This document shows positions 46,668 through 55,128 of a stretch of DNA of 64,000 nucleotides, in pieces. The notes under the pieces are model-generated. The model saw nothing but the letters and a program-made list of their open reading frames with translations, had not been told where the DNA came from and ran no database searches. The first letter of the stretch is position 1; the number at the start of each line of letters is the position of its first letter. Made by a program: the position numbers and the translations under genes. This DNA is from Candidatus Nealsonbacteria bacterium (GTDB lineage: Bacteria > Patescibacteriota > Minisyncoccia > Minisyncoccales > JANBVM01): assembly GCA_047456295.1 (NCBI GenBank), contig CP179887.1, forward strand, positions 431,159 to 495,158, in the 5' to 3' direction.

Positions 46668-47633
46668 ATGATAAACGCACCGGAAGAATATAAAGATAAG
46701 GCTTGGCAACGACTTCTAAAACAAAAACTTGATTTTCCTTCTCTTGCTAAGATAATTAAGGAAGCACCAAAGGTATACAAAGATAAAATATGGCAGGCGG
46801 TTCTAAAACATAAACCTTGCTATGCCACTTTTGCACGGGACTTTATATCGAAACACGCTAATATTCCCATAGAATACAGAATTGAAGGTTGGAAGAACCT
46901 TGTCAAAGAGTGGGATGAATTTGATATTAGATTTATTGTTGATTTGAATTATCTTACAGAAAAATTCTGGGAAGAACTTCTGAAACAAAAACTCAACACA
47001 GATGAAATGTATGAGATAATTAGATGTGCTCCAGAAAAACACAAGAAAGAAGCTTGGGAGCGATTCTTAAAACTAGAAGCATACGATTGTAAACCCTGTC
47101 TGATAATGATGTGTAGGCATTCTTTAACAAGCAGTCACAGCATAGGATTTCCCGAAAACTATAAAATAAAAGTTTGGGAGGAGTTTCTAAAAAGAAAACC
47201 TGGTAACGATGAACTTTTTTTAGTTATAAAGAAAGCTCCAGAAAAGTACTACAGAACAAGGGCGTGGGAAGAACTCAGAAAGGGAACATTTATACCTAAT
47301 GATATCTGTATTAAAATTCTAAATAGAGGCGCTCCAAAATATAAATATGATTCTTATGGTGTTAAAGAAATTCTAAGTAGAGGCATTCCAATAAAATACA
47401 AAGATGAAGTTTGGGCACAGTTCTTAAAACAAAACCCCAGCAATTACGAACTTTTTTTAGTAATTGAAAAAGCTTCAGAAGAGTGTTACAAACTAAAAGC
47501 CTGGGATAAATTTTTAGAACAAAATCCCGATAGCAATGATTTAAACCTGGTAATTACCTTTGCTCCAGAGGAGTATAGTAAAAAAGCTCAAGAAGTTTTA
47601 AATAAAGTTTTAAAAAAAGAAATATATATCTAA
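46668..47633 (+). CDS. Novel alpha-helical tandem-repeat protein (about 30-aa APExYKxKAWxxFLKQxP units)
   Basis: About 10 repeats visible by eye. The C-terminal third is paralogous to 55129..56139. The reading frame is open from 46575, and the repeat pattern continues upstream of the ATG (see findings). Confidence 0.6.
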   Translation: MINAPEEYKDKAWQRLLKQKLDFPSLAKIIKEAPKVYKDKIWQAVLKHKPCYATFARDFISKHANIPIEYRIEGWKNLVKEWDEFDIRFIVDLNYLTEKFWEELLKQKLNTDEMYEIIRCAPEKHKKEAWERFLKLEAYDCKPCLIMMCRHSLTSSHSIGFPENYKIKVWEEFLKRKPGNDELFLVIKKAPEKYYRTRAWEELRKGTFIPNDICIKILNRGAPKYKYDSYGVKEILSRGIPIKYKDEVWAQFLKQNPSNYELFLVIEKASEECYKLKAWDKFLEQNPDSNDLNLVITFAPEEYSKKAQEVLNKVLKKEIYI

Positions 47634-47661
47634 GGGATAGTTTATAACTATCCATTTTTTT
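47634..47661 (+). terminator. Intrinsic terminator (shared with paralog at 55101..55127)
   Basis: GGGATAG-tttataa-CTATCC plus T-run. Confidence 0.6.
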
Positions 47662-47705
47662 ATTTCTGATCTAATTACAATGATTCTTCTGATTTTCAAG
47701 GAAAG
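47652..47705. repeat. Cassette end motif, copy A
   Basis: Contains ATCTAATTACAATGAT (47669..47684), identical to the reverse complement of 54075..54090. Similarity extends about 55 nt (..CTTCTG..TTT.AAGGAAAG). Confidence 0.65.
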
Positions 47706-47719
47706 CGCTGGGATTTTTA

Positions 47720-48049
47720 GCCACCCAAAAATTCGAAGTGGGAAGCCTTAATGCTTTCTCTTTTAAGAAGGATGGTTAATATATCAGGATTTAACTGTAT
47801 CTTATGTTTTAGTTTCCTTATTTTTCAACCAACTATTAAGGATATTCATTGGGATAGTGATGAAACCCTATTAATACAGGTATCAATCCCTGTATTCCTT
47901 TTTTCCATGTATGTAGACACCCATCTTTTTAAGGTACGATAAAAGAATGAAGGAATCTTAGCTATGTTTCTCAATGACTCTTTGCCTTCAAGGATAGGTT
48001 TAATCCATCAATATTTCTCTTCTTGGATTAAATTGGGCATAGTTTTCAT
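47720..48049 (-). pseudogene. N-terminal relic of an IS481/IS3-like transposase (HTH region)
   Basis: Own translation from ATG 48049: MKTMPNLIQEEKY*WIKPILEGKESLRNIAKIPSFFYRTLKRWVSTYMEKRNTG.., with an in-frame TGA and later frameshifts (..GLIPVLIGFHHYPNEYP.., ..LNPDILTILLKRE..). No catalytic domain follows. Confidence 0.5.
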
Positions 48050-48065
48050 ATGCCCTTAGATTATC

Positions 48066-48112
48066 AGAAAAGTGCAAAAAGTGTGTATACATTGACACAT
48101 GGGCTTGACAAA
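48066..48112 (+). promoter_or_regulatory. Diverged copy of the left-end/outward promoter module
   Basis: AGTGCAAAAAGTGT...GGGCTTGACAAA with TTGACA at 48105..48110, a 17-nt spacer and TGgTACTAT. It drives the gene at 48177. Confidence 0.5.
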
Positions 48113-48176
48113 TTAGAAACAAAGTGGTACTATTACATTACATTAAAAATTAAATATAACTAAAGGAGGAAAAAAA

Positions 48177-48524
48177 ATGACAGACCTTGCTGATTTATTA
48201 AAAGTAATAAAAGAAAAAAAAGAAAGTAAAGAATTTAAAAAACTCAAAAAAGATGTTGAAAAAGAACAGACTGCAATGGTATTAGAGTTATTGGTTAATT
48301 ATAAAATATTCGAGAGATTGGGGAAAGAATTCGACGACGCGATAGAAGAATTAGATAAGGAAAGACAAAAAGACACTTTGGACTTAGCAAAAATCAAAGC
48401 CGCAAAGACAAAATTAAAGACAGCTGAAAAAAAATACAAGGAAGACAAGAAAAAATGGCTATCGGAAAAAGAATTAGTTCGGATGAAATTGAAAAAAAGA
48501 AGTCATAGAAGAAAGTTAAAGTAA
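48177..48524 (+). CDS. Lys/Glu-rich coiled-coil protein, paralogous to the middle of 55129..56139
   Basis: AMVLELLVNYKIFERLGKEFD...KKWLSEKELVRMKLKKRS aligns with AMVTKLIAHYEISENLGKELD...RNWLLEKNLVRTRLKLKS. Strong SD AAGGAGG. Confidence 0.45.
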   Translation: MTDLADLLKVIKEKKESKEFKKLKKDVEKEQTAMVLELLVNYKIFERLGKEFDDAIEELDKERQKDTLDLAKIKAAKTKLKTAEKKYKEDKKKWLSEKELVRMKLKKRSHRRKLK

Positions 48525-48611
48525 AGGCTTAAAAATTTTTATTTTGCTTAATATAAATTTTTTTAGCCGTTTTTTTTTGTATGTGAAAACTTATTCTTCT
48601 TCTTCTTCAGA

Positions 48612-51203
48612 TTATCCTCCTTTAAGTTCTTCTAATAGACTTTCTACTGCTTTTTCGTCTTTTGTTAATTTCCATTTATCGATACCTCTTCGAGCCTTTG
48701 TAAGATTTAATTTATAATCCTCTATATCTTTTTGGATTTCTTTAGACGTTTCTGTATTAATCTCTTTTATTCTTTTTTCTCTTTTCTCAATCCTTTGCCT
48801 TATTACCCCTTTTTCCACCGGTAAGACCGCTTTCAACTCCTCTTTACTTAGAACCTCTATTTGTTTTTCTAATTTACGTCTTTCTCTAATAATTTCCCTG
48901 AATTCTTTTATTTGTTTATTAATATGAGAAATAAATTCTTTTCCTTGTTTTCTAAGTGTTCTTACTTTTTTTGTTCCTCTTTTTCTCTTTATCTCAGGTA
49001 AAGGAGCTGGAGATTCTGTTAATTCTCTTATTTCCTTTTCCATTGTAGATAGTGGTGTTGTACCTTTTGTCCCTTTATAACCCCATTGTTTTCCCGCAGG
49101 ACTGGTATCAAAGTAGCGGACTAAACGAGGATTTATTTTTTTAAGTTCTTCTTCTCCAATACTGTTTATTCCTCCTGTTCCTTCAAAGAAATCATCGGTT
49201 GTTTCTTTATCAAAACTATCTCTAACTTTAGCTAAATGTCCAGAAGTCCAGTTACGGCTTCCCCTTCTAACTGCTAAGGATTTTAAAGATGAAGCACTCA
49301 TTTCTGCTACTTTTGCCGGCTTGAGTTTACCAACATGAATTGAGGAAGCAGCAATATTTTTAAGGTCTTTTTCAAGAAATTGCTTTCTTATATCATCAGT
49401 AATATCTTCTATATTTATCTTATATTTAATCTTAATTTCTTCCTCTATTCCTTCATCGCCTAACATATCAATCATTTCTTTTCTCGCTTCCTCTATTTTG
49501 TTTTTCGTTTCCTCTTTTTTATCCTTTGGTGCAAGACCTATTATTACCTCTTCAGTCATCATATCAGGAAGGGCATTTGCTATTTCTCCAACATGTTTTT
49601 TAGCATAATCTTTGTTAACTGTTCCTTCGGCATCCCCGATTATTTTATTCTTGAATTTTTCATCAGTTTTAGCGAGTTCTCCCTCTTTTGCCATATAAGA
49701 TGCATGGGCGACCCTGCCCCGCTTTCCAAGGGTTCCCATATATAATTGTTTATTTTCAAGACTCATTTCCTTAAAATCATCTGACACACCCATCACCCTC
49801 TTTTGAGCCCTGGCTTGATATTTTAAAAGGGGAGCAACGGTTAATTTTTTAAAGCCTTTAAGAGGCACCCTTGATAATCCTTTAGCGGCAACTCCTGCTA
49901 AACCGCCTGCTGCCATACCTAGTCCACCGGTAGCAACGCCAAGACCTATCTTTGCCATCGTCTTTGGCAGGTCTTGTACTCCTTGGATTACTGCGCGAGC
50001 TGCTTCAGGAGCAGAATCCTTACTTAATTTCCACCCAATAATAAGTACAGAAAGACCAATAACAGGATCAATAAGGTCTTCAAGAAGCCCTGAGAGATAC
50101 TTAATATCATTATCCAGAAGAGCAGCTTGGGCATCTTCTTGGGTAGCACCACTATCTATTTCCGCAAACTTCTCAGGTGCTTTGAATATTGCAGGCTCTG
50201 ATTTTGCCATCATATAACTTGAAAGGAAAATGAAGAAAGAAAGAGGTATTGCAACAATTACCCACCGGATGAGTTCTTCCCACCAATTGTCCCAGTTAAG
50301 AATGCCTGGAAACAATAATTTGACTTTTGAGCCTGAGGGGAAAATATAAGAGAGAAAGGCAATGGGAGCAAATATCATTAAAATCCAGAGCCATACGATT
50401 CTCAATATGAATATATAGGCTACTGCCAGATAAACAACAGAAGAATATGCAAGGAAAATAAGCCCTATAACTCCGTAAGCTACAAAGGCAGCAAGCTGGA
50501 ATACTAGAGCTGCAATTACCTCACCCATATCAAAAAAATCCGTACCCCCTGGCATCGCTAACCAAATCCTTGCAAGAACTACCATCATTTCAGTCCATAT
50601 TTTCGTTGAAACATTTATAGCCGAAGATCCTAAAGTCCCCATAAAACCTTGGTAGAAAAAATTTGTTACAATGTTTCCAATATCAACAATAAAGCCAACG
50701 ATTACAGGGGTGAAATTTACTAAAATAGCAATAATAATAAGTTTTGGTAGGGCTTTTTTTGCTTCATAATCTTTTATTCTCAAGATAGTAGCTAAACCAA
50801 TAAAAACTAATACAAGTATAAAAAACATGTTAACCAAGCCGCTTGTAAACTCCCAACCCACAGTAACTAATGAATCAGGGCCCAATGCACTTGGGGTCAC
50901 TCCCACAGATAACGATATTTCAGCGAGATGTTCGAGTATGAGCGCTATGATTATATAAAGAACTCCGGCTGCGAACGACATAAAGAAAATGGGCAACATT
51001 GTGAGAAATACAATAAGCCTGATAGGAACAGTGACAAGGTAGGTTATAATCTTTCCAATAAGGCACCATAGATCAAGTCCACAACCCCACACAGCCTTAG
51101 TAGTCTGTAAAGGTAAAAGAGATAGGAATAATGCGATTCCTAAGGCCAAGAACAGAACTCTTTTGTTTTGAGAAAGTATTTTACTCATAGAACCAAATCT
51201 CAT
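48612..51203 (-). CDS. VirB6/TrbL-like polytopic membrane protein with large C-terminal cytoplasmic domain
   Basis: 863 aa. About 9-10 TM helices in the first 400 aa or so, a Gly-rich segment, and a long charged coiled-coil tail. Adjacent to the other T4SS-like genes. Assigned from architecture only. Confidence 0.45.
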   Translation of the reverse strand: MRFGSMSKILSQNKRVLFLALGIALFLSLLPLQTTKAVWGCGLDLWCLIGKIITYLVTVPIRLIVFLTMLPIFFMSFAAGVLYIIIALILEHLAEISLSVGVTPSALGPDSLVTVGWEFTSGLVNMFFILVLVFIGLATILRIKDYEAKKALPKLIIIAILVNFTPVIVGFIVDIGNIVTNFFYQGFMGTLGSSAINVSTKIWTEMMVVLARIWLAMPGGTDFFDMGEVIAALVFQLAAFVAYGVIGLIFLAYSSVVYLAVAYIFILRIVWLWILMIFAPIAFLSYIFPSGSKVKLLFPGILNWDNWWEELIRWVIVAIPLSFFIFLSSYMMAKSEPAIFKAPEKFAEIDSGATQEDAQAALLDNDIKYLSGLLEDLIDPVIGLSVLIIGWKLSKDSAPEAARAVIQGVQDLPKTMAKIGLGVATGGLGMAAGGLAGVAAKGLSRVPLKGFKKLTVAPLLKYQARAQKRVMGVSDDFKEMSLENKQLYMGTLGKRGRVAHASYMAKEGELAKTDEKFKNKIIGDAEGTVNKDYAKKHVGEIANALPDMMTEEVIIGLAPKDKKEETKNKIEEARKEMIDMLGDEGIEEEIKIKYKINIEDITDDIRKQFLEKDLKNIAASSIHVGKLKPAKVAEMSASSLKSLAVRRGSRNWTSGHLAKVRDSFDKETTDDFFEGTGGINSIGEEELKKINPRLVRYFDTSPAGKQWGYKGTKGTTPLSTMEKEIRELTESPAPLPEIKRKRGTKKVRTLRKQGKEFISHINKQIKEFREIIRERRKLEKQIEVLSKEELKAVLPVEKGVIRQRIEKREKRIKEINTETSKEIQKDIEDYKLNLTKARRGIDKWKLTKDEKAVESLLEELKGG

Positions 51204-51234
51204 AATAATATATTATATTATAATACCACAAAAC

Positions 51235-53154
51235 TTAAAAGGTAATTGTCCACCATTTTTCTGTAAAGCCCAAGACCCTTAAGATGGTGTTTATAATGGT
51301 CCAGGCAAGAAAGATGATTGCGTATCCCTGTCCAGCTGATTTCCAGATTGACCTTATATTAATCACAGTACCAGGAGCTCCCATTGAAAAATAAGAAACC
51401 ACAAAGGTTGCTATTGTTAATATTACCAAAGCAATCAATCCAATTCTCCATAAAATAAAGTCAAGTATGTTCTTAAAAAGCAAGAAAACATGTTTGAATT
51501 GACAGGGTTCTCTTTCATTCCAGGGAGTCTTTGGATTGTCTGAACTTCTGCCGCAGGGAACCAGACCGAATTGACCTGGTGGTACAGGCTGGACATAGGT
51601 AAAGCTCCAGGGAGATTCTCTCCACATTCCTGCTTCTTCACAATCTTTATCAAGACAGGCTCTCACCCACCAGTTATAGTCTCCCAAACAAGAAAGAGAT
51701 ACAAAATCAGAATTAGAAGAAACAATGGTGAGTTGAATTGCTGCTTGGCCTGCTATGCAATTTTGATCATCTTCTTCCGGAGATTTTAAGGCATAATCAA
51801 TCTTATACTGATAGAACTTTGCTCCTAGAACTGAATTCCAGGAAACACGGTTTTCATAGGTATAAAAAGTACCCCCATTATCAGGAGAAGGATTGGAAGG
51901 GATATTAAGGGTAAAGGTTGTAAAACTCTCTGGACTGCTCCAATCCCCGCACACCTCACCTGTTGCATCACCACAGATTCTGACCCGAAACCAATATTGG
52001 GTATCTTGAATTAAAGTAGGGTAATCCACAGAAACTTCTGAGCTCCCAACAATCCCACTATCCACAATTTTATCATCAGCAAAAGAGCTCTCAGAACAAA
52101 CCTGATAATTGTAGGATGCTGCTCCCACCACATCATTCCAATCAAAATTAACCGGGATTATTTCATTATCAATATTTATGTCACCCGAGATTGCACCAGT
52201 GGTTTTAAAAAACCAGGTTTCACCAAAATCACTACAGCTAATACCATCTTCTCTTAAACAAGATTTAACATGCCAGCCGTATTTTGTATCAGTCTCTAAA
52301 AAGCTCCAAACATCAGCAAGAGGAGCTTCATAAGAAGTAGTGAGAATGGGTCCAATAATTATTGTATCATTCTTTTTAATCTCATAGAGAAAAGAACGGG
52401 CCCAATAAGTTTCTTCTTCAGGTCCAATCCATTCTAAAGAATCAAACAGGCTTACTACTGGAACTTTTTCTGGTGGACCTGGATCATAGAAAGGATTGAT
52501 GAGTTCTGGTGGCGTGATTTCCTTTTCCTCGGTGGTAAAGCTCCATCTGGGACTGAAATCTGCGCAATCTACAGCTGATTCTTCGTTTCCGCAACTTAAT
52601 CCACAACTGGTCAAATCTTCATTAGAGCAGGCTGCAATCTCCCATTGGTATGTTGTTGTTGCAGCAAAAACCCAGAGATAACCAATGTCAAACTCTATCC
52701 TGGACTCAAGACTGCCGAACGTATGATAAACCCCTCCCCCTTTTAAAATCCGACCATAATAAGACTGAGCGTTGCCAACATCGCACCAGTCAAGAGAAAC
52801 AGGAATTGGAACATTAACAGCTTCATTTTCAGGAGACAGAAGTCCGTCTATACAAATTTCACACTTGTTGCGATCGTCAGCTGGCAGCCAGTCACCAAAA
52901 GAAGTAAAACCTGTACAATCAGCGCCATTGCTACTGCAATATTTGGTTGCTTCCCTTTTTACAGCACTTCCTTGTTCATCACATTTGTATTCTGTCCAGG
53001 CATCACATACATAGTTTGATGGTCTAAACTCGGTAGGCGAAACCGAGGTGTCGCAGCAAGGACCAGAACTACATGCATCTTGGGCAAGAACCTGACTTTT
53101 ACAAAAAAGAAATAAAAAAGAAAAGATTAGAATAAATTTAAATAATTTTCTCAT
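51235..53154 (-). CDS. Secreted Cys-rich repeat adhesin with pilin-like C-terminal two-helix membrane domain
   Basis: Signal peptide and a Cys-rich head. Four roughly 100-aa FN3-like modules each end W.F(T/K)T. The C-terminus (PCGR...CQFKHVFLLF...two hydrophobic helices) mirrors the 37721 pilin architecture. Confidence 0.5.
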   Translation of the reverse strand: MRKLFKFILIFSFLFLFCKSQVLAQDACSSGPCCDTSVSPTEFRPSNYVCDAWTEYKCDEQGSAVKREATKYCSSNGADCTGFTSFGDWLPADDRNKCEICIDGLLSPENEAVNVPIPVSLDWCDVGNAQSYYGRILKGGGVYHTFGSLESRIEFDIGYLWVFAATTTYQWEIAACSNEDLTSCGLSCGNEESAVDCADFSPRWSFTTEEKEITPPELINPFYDPGPPEKVPVVSLFDSLEWIGPEEETYWARSFLYEIKKNDTIIIGPILTTSYEAPLADVWSFLETDTKYGWHVKSCLREDGISCSDFGETWFFKTTGAISGDINIDNEIIPVNFDWNDVVGAASYNYQVCSESSFADDKIVDSGIVGSSEVSVDYPTLIQDTQYWFRVRICGDATGEVCGDWSSPESFTTFTLNIPSNPSPDNGGTFYTYENRVSWNSVLGAKFYQYKIDYALKSPEEDDQNCIAGQAAIQLTIVSSNSDFVSLSCLGDYNWWVRACLDKDCEEAGMWRESPWSFTYVQPVPPGQFGLVPCGRSSDNPKTPWNEREPCQFKHVFLLFKNILDFILWRIGLIALVILTIATFVVSYFSMGAPGTVINIRSIWKSAGQGYAIIFLAWTIINTILRVLGFTEKWWTITF

Positions 53155-53156
53155 TA

Positions 53157-53978
53157 TTAAATCTTAAAACTTTTTGTTAATTTAAGCCAGTCTTTAACAT
53201 CCAGGGTTTCTGCTCTTTGGCTGGGTTGAAACCCATTTTTTAAAAGCCAATCCTTAACCTCTTTTTTATCCATTTTTAATTTCTTTGATAAATTATTCAC
53301 CAGTTGTTTCCTCGGCTGGGAAAAGCCAGCCTTAACGATTTCAAAGAATTGTTTAGTTAGTTTATTTGAGACTTTAAGTTTTTTGGGAACTATTTTAATA
53401 ATGGCTGAATCAACTTTTGGTTCAGGCCAAAAGGATTTTTTGGAAACAAAAGAAATAATCTTGGGTTCAGCGTAAAACTGGACAGAAACAGCCAGAAGAT
53501 TCATTCTTGTAAAACTGCAGATTCTTTTTGCAACCTCTCTTTGAACCATTAAAATGATTTCCTTTGGCTGGTTTTTCATTTCCAGAAACCCTCTTATCAA
53601 AGGAGAGGTTAAATAATAAGGAATATTAGCTACAATTTTATATGGTTTTGAGGCATAAAGTTCAGGTTCTAATCTTAAAATGTCTCCTTCAATAATCTCA
53701 ACATTCTTGATATTCTGAGAAGTCAACACTTCTTTTAAGATTCCACACATTTTTTTATCTTTTTCTATTGCCATAACCTTCTTTGCTTTTCTTGCCAATT
53801 CCAGTGTCAGGTTTCCAATCCCAGAACCTATTTCCAGGACAATGTCATTTTTTGAAAGACGAGCTGTTTTAATTATTTTTTTTAATACCATGTTATCAAT
53901 TAAAAAGTTTTGCCCTAATCTTTTCAAAGGATAAACACCATGTTTTCTCAACAGTTTTTTCACAGTTTTTACATCCAT
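53157..53978 (-). CDS. rsmA: 16S rRNA (adenine1518/1519-N6)-dimethyltransferase
   Basis: LGQNFLID, EIGSGIGNLT, NIPYYLTSP. Confidence 0.9.
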   Translation of the reverse strand: MDVKTVKKLLRKHGVYPLKRLGQNFLIDNMVLKKIIKTARLSKNDIVLEIGSGIGNLTLELARKAKKVMAIEKDKKMCGILKEVLTSQNIKNVEIIEGDILRLEPELYASKPYKIVANIPYYLTSPLIRGFLEMKNQPKEIILMVQREVAKRICSFTRMNLLAVSVQFYAEPKIISFVSKKSFWPEPKVDSAIIKIVPKKLKVSNKLTKQFFEIVKAGFSQPRKQLVNNLSKKLKMDKKEVKDWLLKNGFQPSQRAETLDVKDWLKLTKSFKI

Positions 53979-54052
53979 GTTTTATTTTAACACAAAAACA
54001 AAATATATCCTGTTTGATTAACATGACCATCTTTTAATAACAAGCCCTAATC

Positions 54053-54109
54053 CTTTCCTTAAAAGAACAGAAGGATCATTGTAATTAGATTAAAAATAAA
54101 AAAAATTGG
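54053..54109. repeat. Cassette end motif, copy B (inverted relative to 47652..47705)
   Basis: ATCATTGTAATTAGAT at 54075..54090 is the reverse complement of the copy A core. Flanks are similar. Confidence 0.65.
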
Positions 54110-54122
54110 TGCTAGGCACCAA
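54098..54122 (-). terminator. Intrinsic terminator of the zinc-ribbon gene
   Basis: TTGGTGC-cta-GCACCAA followed by a T-run on the minus strand. Confidence 0.6.
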
Positions 54123-54152
54123 AAGAATATTTTTGTTTTAATTTAACTATTT

Positions 54153-54827
54153 TTAAACAGGAGTTTCCTTTAATTCTTTTACACGGTCTTCGACATTTAT
54201 TCCACAGAAAGGACAAAACGAGACTATTGATGTTAATTGTACTCCACAAGAGGGACAATAGAATTCACTTGCCTTTTCCTTAACTTGTGCAACCTTCGCG
54301 AGCTTCTCTTTTAATTCCTCAATTGTTTTTTTAGCTTCCTTTTCTACCTCTCTTTTAGCTTGTTCAATTTTTATTAGTTTCTCTTTTAAATCACTGATTG
54401 TTTTTCTAGTCTTTTTTCCTAGTTTCTCCTCTAATTTCTCTTCGGGTTTCCCCTTGGGCTTTATCTGTGTAATAGTGAATTGAATATGCTCATTTAACTT
54501 ATCTGTTGTTTTGTAAATAAGCCAATTACTTTTAATTCTATATTGAACCTTCCATTCTTTTTCCTCTTGACCATCAACTGCGGTTGACAAGATACCTTTT
54601 CTAAAACTACCACGATCATCCTCTATTACTACTCCCGCTTTACATTTTTTGCAAATCAATGATAAATAAATATAACGAGAAAAAACCCACGTTAGGCCAT
54701 TATTATTAACTCTAAATTTATTAGCTTTTATTTCTCCTCCACAACATTCATTATGAAACATTCTTAAATTTCTAAATTTTGTTTTCTTATACCCTTTTCT
54801 TTCTTCTACATTAATCGTAAAATCCAT
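54153..54827 (-). CDS. Zinc-ribbon / coiled-coil protein, function unknown (cargo gene)
   Basis: 224 aa. N-terminal Cys cluster (HNECCGG...CKKCKAG), central K/E coiled coil with a duplicated KEKL..I..A segment, and C-terminal CPSCG...CPFCG ribbon. Confidence 0.45.
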   Translation of the reverse strand: MDFTINVEERKGYKKTKFRNLRMFHNECCGGEIKANKFRVNNNGLTWVFSRYIYLSLICKKCKAGVVIEDDRGSFRKGILSTAVDGQEEKEWKVQYRIKSNWLIYKTTDKLNEHIQFTITQIKPKGKPEEKLEEKLGKKTRKTISDLKEKLIKIEQAKREVEKEAKKTIEELKEKLAKVAQVKEKASEFYCPSCGVQLTSIVSFCPFCGINVEDRVKELKETPV

Positions 54828-54899
54828 TTTTTTAAAACCTCCATTTGTTTTTATTTAATTGTAAATTTAATCTATCTCTTTCTACCTCATTTTTCCCAT

Positions 54900-54970
54900 T
54901 TTGTCAAACATATGTTATGATTCAATACCTTCGCACTACCCTAGTGTTAAAATATATGTATATGGCATAT
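54900..54970. repeat. 71-nt left-end repeat with outward TTGACA (copy 2)
   Basis: Reverse complement matches 43832..43902. TTGACA (complement of 54902..54907) faces the gene at 54827. Confidence 0.65.
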
Positions 54971-55057
54971 ACAAACAATCCAAAGCTTCCACAAGTAAGA
55001 ATGGAAGCTGTAAGACTTCTTCAAAAAGGTTGGTCAACATTCCCTACTAGAGTCTGA
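54962..55057 (+). pseudogene. 5' fragment of an IS481-like transposase gene
   Basis: MAYTNNPKLPQVRMEAVRLLQKGWSTFPTRV*. The N-terminal pattern (NP.LP.VR.EAV.L...GWS) matches IS481-type HTH N-termini as I recall them. It is truncated after 31 codons and followed by the hairpin 55068..55088. Confidence 0.5.
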
Positions 55058-55100
55058 ACAGGCTACCTGGACAGGCTAAGCCTGTCCAAAGAACAAAAAT

Positions 55101-55127
55101 AAAAAAAGGGATAGTTATAAGCTATCC
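55101..55127 (-). terminator. Intrinsic terminator (paralog of 47634..47661)
   Basis: GGATAG-cttataa-CTATCCC plus a T-run on the minus strand. Confidence 0.6.
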
Positions 55128-55128
55128 T

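Noticed and set aside
47751-47942. 63-aa plus-strand ORF
   Set aside because: It lies antisense to the transposase relic, has no SD, and has low-complexity hydrophobic content.
48008-48010. In-frame TGA in the transposase relic as evidence for a UGA-recoding genetic code (as in some CPR lineages)
   Set aside because: Many full-length conserved genes here end at TGA at the expected position (for example jag at 37126..37128 and ORF 723..1796). The relic also has frameshifts and lacks its catalytic domain. A nonsense mutation in a pseudogene is the simpler reading.
54845-55057. 70-aa ORF from the track taken as a real gene
   Set aside because: Only its last 31 codons (from ATG 54962) resemble anything, namely a transposase N-terminus, and it stops prematurely. 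The upstream part overlaps the promoter/leader repeat of the opposite gene. It is treated as a pseudogene fragment.
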